Shown piece after piece: positions 42,246-55,194 of a stretch of 64,000 nt of DNA. Source of the stretch: the human T2T-CHM13v2.0 reference genome, Homo sapiens; the NCBI RefSeq assembly GCF_009914755.1, contig NC_060944.1; one strand, written 5' to 3'. The notes under the pieces were generated by a model. It saw nothing but the letters and a program-made list of their open reading frames with translations. It was not told the origin of the DNA and ran no database searches. The number at the start of each line of letters is the position of its first letter. Position 1 is the first letter of the stretch. A program made the translations under genes and the position numbers.

Positions 42246-43751
42246 ATATTTGCGGATTTTTTTTTTTAAGCCATCACTGTGCCTGTATTTATTCGGCAAA
42301 AGTTCTCCTGCACTACCTTATTATCTCCTCCAGGTATTCAATGCTGGATAAACAATGAAATTTTGTTTTCACCTGTCATTTCAAAAGCATAAGAGAAATA
42401 GCAGATTCCTCATGAACTGAATTCTGTTCTTTAGCCTCACGAAAGAAAACACAGTAGGCTTTTATTTTCCAAATTCACAGTCTGGCAGTTTGGGTCACTA
42501 GTGAATGTATCTTAGTTTTTTTGGAAGCACAATTTCCACTGTATAACTTAATGTGAAATTGTGTTTAAGTGATAATGTATGCCCTTAGGCTGGAAATGTA
42601 CTTATCAGTTGTATTCTAGGCATGCCTTTATTCCAGGAGGCACAGGCATGCATGCATGAAAATACAGATGAAAAGAGGAATGGAAATGTAATTAGGTTTT
42701 GTAATTAGCCAGCGAAGACATCCATTGCTGCCTTCCTTTAATGGTCTTTTAAAGCTGTTTTAAAAATCCTTTCATTGAACTTGTAGTTATCTCAATTTGG
42801 TGATACAATTCAAAAAAATTAATCAAGTTGGTGTATGTAACCTTGGCAACCTAGAAGTATGATTCATTTTTATGACTATTGATCTATGTACTTAGATACA
42901 CTAAGGTCAGCTATGCTGGCAGCAGTGACACCATATTGTCCTATGTTCCAATTCATAATCCTACTTCCAAAGAGACATTCATTCTCCCTGCTCTCTGCCT
43001 GGGCTTGGAGCATGACCCCCATTATAGACTTGGAAATCAGGGGGCAGAGAAGTGAAATGCCTTCCAAAACATTCATAGCAATTAAGTCATAGGATGATAG
43101 AGGAATTGCAATGTTCCAGGACTTACAATGTTGCTGTGTGGATGTTACTCTTTTTTTAAAAAACAGCTTTTACGAATTACATATGCACAATCAAGTGCAG
43201 ACCATGGCTACCTCTGGCTAGACTGCCACTGCTAGGGGAAGAAAAGACATCCATACCCATTGCTTATGATTGCTGCTGCTGCTGTTGTCTCCAAAGAAGA
43301 AAATGGATTCTATTTTCTACCCTTATCTGGTTGAGGATGCTTAAAAACCAAAAGATGGAGATATTTTAAAGTTGAAGCAGATCCTTTCCTTAGTAGCGTT
43401 AAACTGGAATGCCTAAAACATAAACTAACACCCTGTTTTTTTTTCTCCTGGATTTCACTGGTGCCTGAGTAAGCGAATATGCTGTGCTGTTTTCCTGGAC
43501 ACTCAGAATCAAACAGGCCTTCCACCCCATCCCATCATGTTGAATTACAAAGTATTTTGAGCATCGTTTGGTTTGTTTCTTTCCACCCATACCTGTGTAG
43601 GGCAGCGGTAGCAGTCTTCAACAATGCATCCTCTTGGACAATGCATTGTAATATCTCTCTTTCAAATTCTGTTTCACATAGTCATTTCTCATGTTCTGTT
43701 GGAGACCCCCAAAAAATTCATTCCACACTGTCATCCCTTTGTCCTAACCAG

Positions 43752-43869
43752 AACAACTCGATCGTGTCGAAGAAGGCATGAACCATATCAACCAAGACAT
43801 GAAGGAGGCTGAGAAAAATTTAAAAGATTTAGGGAAATGCTGTGGCCTTTTCATATGTCCTTGTAACAA
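43752..43869 (+). CDS. SNAP25: SNAP25 exon 5a (isoform a): (E)[38 protein letters not shown](K)
   Basis: 118 nt; acceptor accAG; donor AA|GTAGGT; Cys cluster at 84/85/90/92. Confidence 0.99.
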
Positions 43870-44026
43870 GTAGGTACTGGGTACCAGCTCTAATCTGTGG
43901 CGTCCAGTTTTCTTTCTTTTTTTTTTTTTCTTTTTTAATGTCAAAGTGAATGTCTGAAGTTTTGTCTTTTTTTCTTTGTCCTTTTCCATCTGCTTCATTC
44001 TGTGGGGATAAAATACTTGTGTTTAA

Positions 44027-44149
<123 letters not shown>

Positions 44150-47100
44150 TAGGTGCTGCCTGCCTGCCTGAAGCTTTGATTTCCCAAGGCCCATCTCCAA
44201 GCCTTGACAAGCTCATTCCTGCCAAGCTCATAGGCAGGATGAGCATGTGGCATGCAGAACAGATCAATACCGTCTCCAATGCATTCATCTCATAGCATAG
44301 ATGATATTAGCAGGAGTTACTGTTGATGCATTAAAAATCAGGCATACTACAGTGAAAGCTTCACTGTCAGCAACTTTTATTGATGAACGTTTCAACATTT
44401 TCCAGAAAGTGTACCTTGAGACAGAGGCTAGCCTCAAGAAAGAGGCACCCAGGGAACTTCCTTTTCCCCAACCCCAAGAGTCAAAATTACAGATTTAGAA
44501 AAGGCTGCGGGTAAGTTTGGAAGATGAGAAACACATATGCGAAGGTTTGATTTTTTCCAAAATAAAAGAGACAGGTAATTTGGCCCAGGGAAGGATTCTA
44601 TAAATTAGAGAATATGACAGAGATTCTCCCTTTCTACTGCCCACCAGTTGCCAAATTTTGTCAATAGATGCTGCCACTGCACCCAACACAGAGGCAATGA
44701 GCTCTTCAGCAAGAAGTGCTCAAGCCTTACTCAAATTGGACCCATCCCTCCCAAATTTTTCTCCTTGGAAGATCTACCCGTACACTGGCTGAAATGTTGA
44801 AATGTGTAGATTTTGCATGCACAACATCACAAAACATTCAACTGTTCTCAAGGTTCTGCAACGCTTTTTTGGAATGTAGCAGAAATGTGACATGTGGTTA
44901 TAAAGGTTTGCAATGGAAGGAACCTAAAACTGAGGGTTCTGGAAGATTGTCTCATTTGACTAGTGGTGGAAAAAGAAATGCATGAGTGGATTGCCCAACA
45001 TGCATTTGGAAAATTAAACTCCTTATCCAATCTCCCTCACCCCTCCCACTTCCCCCTTCTAAAAGAAGACTTTTTCCTAAAAGCTCTCCTGATCCTAGCT
45101 TTTAGAATAGAAATTGACGTCATTTTTAGCAGATTATATGACCATTCACATCCTTTAAACTTTGAGGCTGATTTAAAATATCCCACTTCCTGTTTAGGAG
45201 GGGGAGGGGCTCATATTGCAAAAAAATTAAAAAATTCTGCTTTTTAAAGAGTGATCTACAGTAAAGCCTGATTAACTGGAATCTAGCTAACTGGAAACCT
45301 CAGCTGCATGCTCTTGCTCCCTTCCATTTTTAGCAAAAAAGAAACAAAGAAAAAAAATCACATCAGAAATGTAAAATGGTTTTTCTTCCAGGGTAGTTTG
45401 CATTGTCTCACTTAGTCTCCATCCTCCTGCAACTTCCACATCTATGAGGACCAAACAATAAGAGTTGATCTTCACAGAAAAGGCCATCAAGCAATCAGTA
45501 TAAATGATAACCAAGGAAAGATTCAATCAGGTCTTCTACCTTAAGACTTTCAGGCAGGAAAGTGGCTCAGGAGTCTAGCAAAGATATTCACTCATCATCC
45601 ATGAAACAAAACTTTCCTCCATGGCCCCACTGTTCATTAAGAAAGTCATATAATTCATCAGAAAAAAAAAAAAAAAGCCTCATTACCAAGCATTCCAGTT
45701 AGTCAAGATTTGACTGTATATTCCTTTCAGTGGCAACTTGCCCCCAGGTGAGATTTCCATCCATTTCATGATAAATTCCAACAGATACATTTTCCCCCCT
45801 TCATCAACTGTGTGTGAAGAAAGGGTGAAGGCAGGGTCCCCTGGGATGGATTCTGATGTTCTAATGAAATGATGGCTCCTACGAATTCCACTTTTGAGTG
45901 GTCACTAATTTCCTTAATGCACAAGAGACCCTAAACTAAGCTTCAAAGCTTGACTGAGGTGTTCCCTATTGTGTGTAAATAATGCTTTAAAAACCATGTG
46001 TCACAACGCAGTGGCTGGTGGTGCCCTGGACTCTCTGAGGGCTTCGCCCTGTCTCGGCATGTTTCAAGGGACGATGGTAGATGTACGGCAGTGATGTGAG
46101 TCTATGTGCAGCATTGTGGGTGCAGTGGTTTGCCTTCTTTCAGAAACGCATACTTCCCACTCCTTTGACTTTGCCAAAGATGGTATAGCAGACATTTGAC
46201 ATAGCAGAAAACATCACAAAGTCCATATAACTTCTTTTAATCTGAGGAGGGAGGAGATGGGGAGTTGGAAAAATAAAAATTAAAAAAGCCAGACTCTAAG
46301 CCCTATTAAATTTAGTTTGGGGATCTCGTTTCATTGAATGGGTCCATGGCCCTTTGGTGCAATTAATTTTGACTGCACTAAGGCCTGCGGCATTATAGAC
46401 TCGATTGTGGGAGTTGCTGAAATTCCATTGGTACAATTTTCCTGTTTGTCTCTAGGGTTGCTTGGCCCCCAGTCTGCAAGTATTAGAGCCAGTTTTAATA
46501 GATGGCTGTGGTCCTCTGGCGAAAGAAGAAGATAAAATGTTAAATTCTGGTGTCTTACAAAAAAAAAATGTGAAAATGGGACCAAAGAATGTCTCTTGTT
46601 TTTGGACTAAAAAGCATATGGTTTCTACTATGTAAAGAACCTAAAAACATCTTTGATTGCCTTTAATTACAACACTCACCAAAATATGCTGCACATGTTT
46701 CTATTGGGCACAATAGGTATGCCTGGATTTTAAGTCTTTTCTCCAAGGCAGCTCAGTGAAATACAGCCCATGGAGACCATACCAGCATTAAACCACTCTC
46801 CTCCATTACAACCCCAGGATAGTTTAAACTAGGAGTTTGTAAGCACTCTCTGCCCTGCCCCTCAGCCCAACAAAGAAGCTACTGAACCTGCGTTTCAAAT
46901 CCTCATGAAGGCTATTACTGTCCTGCTAGTGCCTTTTTCGAGAATGGTCAACTTCTGGAGTAGTTTGGCTTAAATGAGAATGCTTCACTTTCTACTCATG
47001 CCTGTAGCTGGTGCATGAAGAAGACGTAGAGGGGTTTCCCTTTTTGGTGCTAGATGGCTTGTTCTCTCTTCTCTTTTCCTGCATTCATTTCACTATGCTT

Positions 47101-47797
47101 CTTTTACTTTTTGTCTCTGTGGACAAAGGTTTGTACATCAACTCTGGATGTATGGTGACTGTTTGGAAGTACCGATATATTATCTAATTCAAATCACTCT
47201 AGAGGCAATGCAAAGACCATCACTCTTGGCCAACCACCAATCCTTTATGTCCTTCACGGAGCTTTGGAAATGTTAGTTCCACACGTGTTGGGAAAAAAAA
47301 ATATTCCACAGGGATCTTTGCATGATGGTGTGTAAAAACTTGGTTGAGGATGTTTTCTTGATGACAGTGTGTTGCTGTGGTGTGATGTGCACACTCTACT
47401 TGGCAGTCTTGTTTTGTGTCTGTCTGCCAGTATGTTTTTCTCTGTGTTTTATGTCTCCAAATATAATCACATCACTAAAATAGAATTAAATGTCCTCCAG
47501 CTACCTTAATCCTTGTCCAAAATCCAAACTAAACCACAAAACAAACCAAAACAAGAACAACCTTGTGGGCAAAGATTGCAGTCCATTGCAATGGATTCGA
47601 TTGGAAGTGAAATGTTGAGTAGCTGAGGCATGGTGGTGGCCAACTGTTTGGGTCTGGATTATGATATATCGGTATTCTCTAATGCCTCGACTTAAAACTC
47701 ATTCGCTTGGTTCGATTCTTCGCTTGAAGAAGTGACAATTGTTGAGAGCTTGCTCCTCCACCCCTGTGCCTTGTCACTCACCCTCTCTTTTGCATAG

Positions 47798-47923
47798 GCT
47801 TAAATCAAGTGATGCTTACAAAAAAGCCTGGGGCAATAATCAGGACGGAGTGGTGGCCAGCCAGCCTGCTCGTGTAGTGGACGAACGGGAGCAGATGGCC
47901 ATCAGTGGCGGCTTCATCCGCAG
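47798..47923 (+). CDS. SNAP25: SNAP25 exon 6, linker region ([42 protein letters not shown])
   Basis: Acceptor ctcttttgcatAG; donor CAG|GTGAGC; 126 nt; contains the QPARV membrane-targeting motif. Confidence 0.99.
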
Positions 47924-47959
47924 GTGAGCCTCATGCAGCATACACTGTAGCAGTTCTCT

Positions 47960-48750
47960 ATTGTCAAGTACAAACAACTCCAAAACTGAGTGGTTTTCTA
48001 AAAAACAACCATTTTATTGCTCATTAATCTACATACCTGCTAAGTGTTCTTTTCTAAGCCTTTCCTGGACCTTGCCTGGGTGGGGTGATCCAAGATGGCC
48101 CCATTCACTTGTCTGGTGGTTGGCTGGGGCTGTTGGTGGGGCATGTCTGTTCTTCTCCATGTGGCCTCTTCAGCAAGAGAGCCCAGGTTCCTTACATGGT
48201 GGTAGCAGTATTCCAAGGGGGCAAGCCTCAGTGCACTTACCAAACCTTTGCTTGCTTACCTTGTATTTGCCGGTTTCATTAGACAAAGCAAGTCACATGA
48301 CCACATCCAGACTCAATGTGGCAGTAGACAGGCATCACATTCCATGAGTTTAATTGAATAGAGCTTATAAAAGAGACTACTTACAGAGGGGTGGGCAGGA
48401 CTAATAACAAGGAATGGTGAAGCACTTCTGAGCTAGCAATAGCAGGAAGTTGTTACCACCATAGTCCTGGGGGACAGGAGAAGGAATGATTATCAGAACC
48501 CAGCAATAGTTACGACTGTGGGCAAGGAACTATCAGTAGAGAAATACAGCCACTACCAAAGCTAACAGGGAGTGAAAGAGGGAAATAAATGCTGTAGCCC
48601 CTCACTCCTCTTGCCCTGCAGTTTCATTGGCCATTAGCCAAAGCCTACTGAAAGCCAGAGGGTAAGAGGAGCTGGGTGATATAGTCATGAGGTCAGCTCC
48701 TGAGAGCACAGAGCAAAGAAGGTCCAAGAACGGATTTGGAGTGAAAATAG
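47960..48750. mobile_element. Adjacent MLT1 (MaLR) LTR fragments
   Basis: aaacaaccattttattgctca...tccaagatggccccattcac...caaagcaagtcacatgacca, then cattggccattagccaaagcctactgaaagccagagggtaagaggag. Confidence 0.6.
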
Positions 48751-48929
48751 AGAATAATGAGCTTCTTATTAATGATTTATTTTGAAACCTAGAATCAAAA
48801 GCCAATTTAAATATCTATTTTTAAAAGTTCAAATTATGACTCAGGGGCATTTCCTTTAAAAAAAAAAAAAACTCAAGTTACACACATCAGCCAATTCAGA
48901 ACTCAGCTCTCCCTTTGCTCCCAGGGAAA

Positions 48930-49120
48930 GTAGCCCAAGGGTTCTCAAGCCTGGCTGTACATTAGAATCACCAGGGGAGACTTTTTTTTCTTTTACTACC
49001 AGTGTTTGGGCCCAATCCACACCAATTGAACCAGAATCTCTTGAAGTGAGACACAAGCACCTGTGGCCCATTAAAGCTCCTCAGGTGATTCTGATATGCA
49101 CTCAGGGCCAAGCACCATTG
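48930..49120. mobile_element. MER5A1-like MITE
   Basis: ggttctcaagcctggctgtacattagaatcacc...aaagctcctcaggtgattctgatatgca. Confidence 0.75.
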
Positions 49121-49697
49121 AACTAGAAGTATCTCTTAGCTATTGATGATCATTTAAATAAACTTCTTCCCTACAGGAAAAAGCCAGAAAGTTCTCCTTT
49201 AGTTTTTTAATTTTCTCTGCCCTGGGCTGCTTTTGAAACCATAATGAGCCAGTCTGCATTGGGAGTTACCATGGGGGAAGGATTTTAACCCTTCTGAATA
49301 TTTTTTAGCTCAATACCATATATACTAGGGAAATTCTGAAATAAGTACCTCCTTAACTTTCAAGTTGGACTGTGAAAAAATGTAATGTGTTTTGTGAGCC
49401 AGCTCCTTCCTCCCATTCCCATTCCACTCAACCTGAAACAATACTCTTTTGTCACAGTTTCACAGTTTTTGACTCTGAAATCACCTATGCACCATGCCAC
49501 TAAAAAACCCATGTTATTAACATATGAGTAAATAAAAATCATCTTGAACAAGTAGCTCTCCTTGGAGTTCCTGGGAGCAAGCAGGGTTAAGGGGCAAACT
49601 GTAATTATCATTACTCTTCCCATTGGTGTCAATCCCAAGTGTGAAAAGAGATGAGCACAGAGACTCTGACTTAGCACAATAAGCTTTTTATTGTATT

Positions 49698-49746
49698 CTT
49701 AATTTGAGTCTTAGAAATTTTGAGACTTAATTTGAGTCTTAGAAAT
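49698..49746. repeat. 21-bp direct duplication cttaatttgagtcttagaaat
   Basis: Copies at 49698-49718 and 49726-49746. Confidence 0.9.
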
Positions 49747-50033
49747 ATTAAGAATATTCTTAGAAAGAAGAATATCGTTTCTAATTCCATCTTCGTGCTC
49801 TGACCTAAAGTCCTTTCAAAGAAAATGTTTTCATCCTTAAACAATAAAAATTGAAATAAACATATGAAGGGGAAACAACATAATGGAAGGAGTGAGAAAG
49901 TAGATAAATTAATCTATTTAATATACCTTCTTTAAGAATAGAAATTCAAGGGTTCAAAAAGCAATTTTAAACATTTTTTTTAAATGTATGAAAGCTAAAA
50001 TGTGTTTTTGTACTGGATGGAGATTAAAGATAG

Positions 50034-50333
<300 letters not shown>

Positions 50334-52710
50334 TGACCAACAGGAAGTGTGAAGGGCATAACAAGATCCTCAAAACACGACCTTGGATTCAGGCGCACTG
50401 ATAGCTGGAAATGTTCTTCATTTTCCAAGAGAAAAATATAGGACTCAGCAACAGAATTGGAGTGAAAATAAGAGGGTCAAATTTAATCCAGCAAATATTC
50501 TCAAAGGCTCCTGTCAGCCAGGCATTGTGCTAGGCACTGTGGGCCATGTACACATGAGAAAGACACCACCCCTACTGCCAAGAAATTCACGGCCTATGGG
50601 AGGCTACGAGCCTCCAGATGAATTTTCTATCACTCAAAATATAATTCACTAAGAGATCCACAGATAAAATGCTAAACAAGGTTAGATAAGGAAAGATCTC
50701 AAGAGGCAAAGTTCGGGAAAATCTCAGAATAAGTTGACTTTGAATTGAATCTTGAAGGATGGTTAGTATTAATAGTTTGTCAAGTGGAGGTGGTGAAGGG
50801 ATAGAATCAGAAAATGGGAGAAAGAATAGTCAGTATAGCCAGGACATGATTATGAGCTTTGCTTTTATAAATGCCAAAGCTTTAATGAGAATTCAAAAAT
50901 ATCCAGGTTCCATTTCCAGTTTAACAGTTCACATCCCCAGTTCTAAAAACAGGGAATTTTATATGATGAAATTGAGTTTACACAAGGACACCAGACTTGG
51001 CTCTAAGATCCACCATGTCAACGTGGGCCATAAGAAAGACTGGAGGGAGTAGACTGGGAAGGGGTGGGTTTGGGGGCTTAAAATTAGAAGAGATTGGAAA
51101 GAAACACTGGAACGTTCCTATAAAGAGACCTAGGGCACCAAAACCTGATATTCTACAACACAGAACTCCGACATAATTTATATTTCCATGTTTCATGCCC
51201 TTTCCTCAATCAGTAGGGTCTTGAATATTGATTACAAACTCTTATGTCCAAATGCTAAAAAGGAGAAAAAGAGACATTATAGATTTAACGATAATTGTAC
51301 ATCTATAATCTACTCAATGTGGGTAACTTATGTTGTGTGTTTATTCCCTGGGAGACGTTGAAGTTCTTTGTCTGATATCCTAAATTTTCTTATAATAATT
51401 CATTCCATTTTGGTGAGCAGAGAAGGATACTTTTAAGATTTTTAGAATCATAAATCTAAATAGTAGTTTCTTGGTATGCAAGCAACCTCCAATGACTTGA
51501 AAAAGGAGTAAGTAGGCATAAAGGGAACACTTTGTCCTGTTGTGTTGTACATACTCCATGTTAAAAATATCTGATTGCATATTTTGCCTGATCAATATGA
51601 AAACTACGCAAACTTTAGTGTTGGTTGGCAAAATACTTGTGCTTTGCTTACTTTTGCAAGTAATGGCATGCTTATCGTTGTTAAGAAGGCTTTCATATGA
51701 TAAAGCTTTTAAAGCTGTGTAAATCAATAGATATTAGAATAATAATGAGAGTTTCAAAACTCACTAGAGCCAACACAAGCTGACCTAACCCATTACGGCC
51801 CAGAATAATGAACTAAAAAATCATTGCTGAGCTGCCCTCCAACAGAAAAAACAATTTGAAAAAAACAGGAAGTATTCATTTTCTATTAATGGACCCACTT
51901 TACTTGCAGATGCAGCTAGATAATGCATCAAAGCCAATTAGGGTTCCAGAAGGAGCGTCTTTACTAATAGAAGGGTCAAACTCTTATTGACAGAGTTGAA
52001 CTTTAAGCAAGAAAATGTGTTCCTGGAAAGGCAAGTGGCATCTTGATTCTGCCACTTTGAATTTCTAGTTCTCATCTTTAGGGAGAAGGTTTTTCTTCTA
52101 CGCCCAGTGTACTATAAAGACAGAGACATATGCAGCTACAAGGTTTAATCAGAAGCCAGGCAGGTGGATGGATAATGACTATTTCAATTTGTATCATTCC
52201 TTGAGTGCAGAATCATTTAAGTGGGAGAAGGGTCTAATTGCCTTTGAATAATTAGTTTCCAGTCAGCACTTTAAATAGCCCCTTTTTTTTCCAGAATCAA
52301 AATCCACACATGATTTAAATAGAGCCCACTTCAACCCAGCATTGCCCCAAATGATCATGTCGCATGAACTGCACAATTATTAATAGATTTCCACCTTCTC
52401 ATTGAAGTTCTCATTTCTGATAACGGGACAGTATGTGGAAGTTTCCTGCATATCTAAGATGTAATTGCAATCACACTGTAGGGGTAAGGAGAGTCTTATG
52501 ATGTTTCTCTCATAATCTCTCATGACCCCAACAGCAACCTTTACCCAGCTCTATCAATCATGATCTTTTCTCATCACTTGGATCAATAGTGAAGTTTTGG
52601 GAGTCCTTAACAATGAGATTTTCAATACATCCTCATGGATTGTCAAGAAATTACTTTATTTAAAAATCTCGTTTTCTGCTTAAGGGTATTTATGTATATA
52701 AATAATAACC

Positions 52711-52825
52711 TTATATATATAAATAAATAACTATATATATTATATAATATATAATATATATATTATATATATATGGTTATTATATATATATAAAAACCAT
52801 ATATAAAAATAACCATATATAGATA
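52711..52825. repeat. Imperfect (TA)n AT-rich repeat
   Basis: Direct observation. Confidence 0.9.
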
Positions 52826-52915
52826 TACCTTCTAAGGTTAAAAACATAATTTTTTCAGAAAACTTACTGAATTGGAAGCAAGCCTATATCAGAGGGTTTA
52901 TGGGAACTGTTGCTA

Positions 52916-53137
<222 letters not shown>

Positions 53138-55194
53138 TCAGTGGTAGATGACAGGCACACGTTGGAATACAGTGAGGCTGATTCTTTAGCAGTCCTCACA
53201 TTCTTCTATCAGTGAGAAAACACAGCATTTGAGAGCTAAGACTTTGAGTTCTAACAGGGTTTTGCCATTCACCAGCTCTGTGACCTGATTGCCTCACCTG
53301 AAGGATAGTAAGAGAACTGTTCAAACCTAGGATCAGAACAGGCTGGAAGTATGAACTGGGTTCTAAAAGTCACCTGGCATGGTCTGAAGTTGAAGAGATT
53401 CCCGGAGCGTTCAGAAGATGGGCTGAACAGCTCCTTCTAAACTTTTACTGGCTCTTTGGTGGTCATCCTGGCCTTCTCACAAGGACAAACATGTAACATA
53501 TGTTGGGCACTCCAGCAAATTTAGAATTTTCTAAATAGAAATATAAAAATTGGAATGGGACAGCCATCATAAATAAAGTCCTACAGCATATAAGTAGGGT
53601 GATCATAGGGGCATTCTCCAAATACCAGGAAGACATCTACAAGGAGATTCCAGACTTTTTTTTTTTTTTTAAAAGAAGCTAATTCTTTTATATAATAAAG
53701 GGGCAGTACTTTCTGTGTCAAATATTGCATGGGGTGGAATTTTCATATGCTTCAGAAGTAAGTTAGGTGGAAATCACAGATGCTCATTGAACATAAGTCT
53801 GTTTCAGCTCCTCCCAGATCCTTTAAGGATATACAGAGTAACCTCATGCTCTACTTCAAATATCCCCAGGTGAAGGCCCCTCAGTGCATTCTTGTACAGG
53901 AGATCCTAGAATGTTTGCGCTCAGGAATGCCATCATTTTAAAATGAATTATTTTTCTCATTTGAGCTTTTCAGAGCATTTAGTCTGGCAACATAATAATT
54001 CAATCTACAGGAACATTTCACATTGCTCTGATCCTGTAACTTTCCTTTGCACTGAAGTGTCATTATTTCTGATACCATTTGTAGCTGGAAAGGGAGGGCT
54101 TAAGAACCAAGTAAAATTGGTGAGATTATCCATTTTCCAATTGAGAAACCTGAGGTCAAAAATGTGAGTCTGTAGTTCAAAACAATCAAAATCAATGCCC
54201 TATCTTACTATGTAAATACTGATTTTAAAAGACAAGTGTCAATTATCCAAACAGATGACAGAGAACCATTGCCAGGTATTCAAAGTTATGATTAATCTGG
54301 AAATATGTTTGTTTTAACTTTGCAAATTTCTATTTGAACATGGATAATTCTAATGTCCTGAGAATTCACGATATGAACTGAATACAGAAGACTCAGCTCA
54401 ATAAAAATTGGGAAGTACAGCACCACAATAGGTACAAAGCTGGTAATCATTGAGTGATACTGGTTGAGAGAAAAACAGTTTGGTTTCCCCACACTGCCTG
54501 GCAGCCTCCTCCTCTTCTTCCCAGGCTGTAGAAGGATAGACAGCATTACCAGTCAGGGAAGGACAAAAGAAAAGCCTCCATAGAATCGTTGTCTTCACCT
54601 CTGGTTGCTGATGCATTTTTCTCAGTGGTGATGGGAATCATTCATTTTCTGGAATTTAAAGATTTATGCTGGTAGCAGCCCTAGGTTTCATGCTGCATAT
54701 ACAGCAAACATAACCCAAGCAGTAAAGAGATCAACCAAGAGATTAAAGCCAGCCAGTTACAAAATCATAGTAAATGTGCATCTGTTAAAGAAAAGACAGT
54801 TATTAAACTCATAGAAATGAATCTTCAGAAATGCAACTTAAAAACTATTAAGCATCCCAGAAGCAAGCCAAGTTCTCATACGGTAACAATAATTGCAAGA
54901 TAAACTAATGAGCCCTTCGTTTTGCAAAACATTATTCCAAGCACATTATGTGTATAAACTCATTTGATCTCAGCAAATTGAATAGTAAGTGATGAATAGT
55001 GTGGACTCTGACTCCAGGTTGCTAGCATTCAGACTCTGGTTTCTCCATTTATTAGTACTAAGACTTCAGACAAATTCCCCAGATCGTTTCTGACTGCTTT
55101 TCTCATTTGGAAAAGTGAGCTAATAATAGTACACACTTTATAGTTGATATTGTTAATCTTGATGTTGTCAAAGTTTAATGAGTGGAACAAAGTA

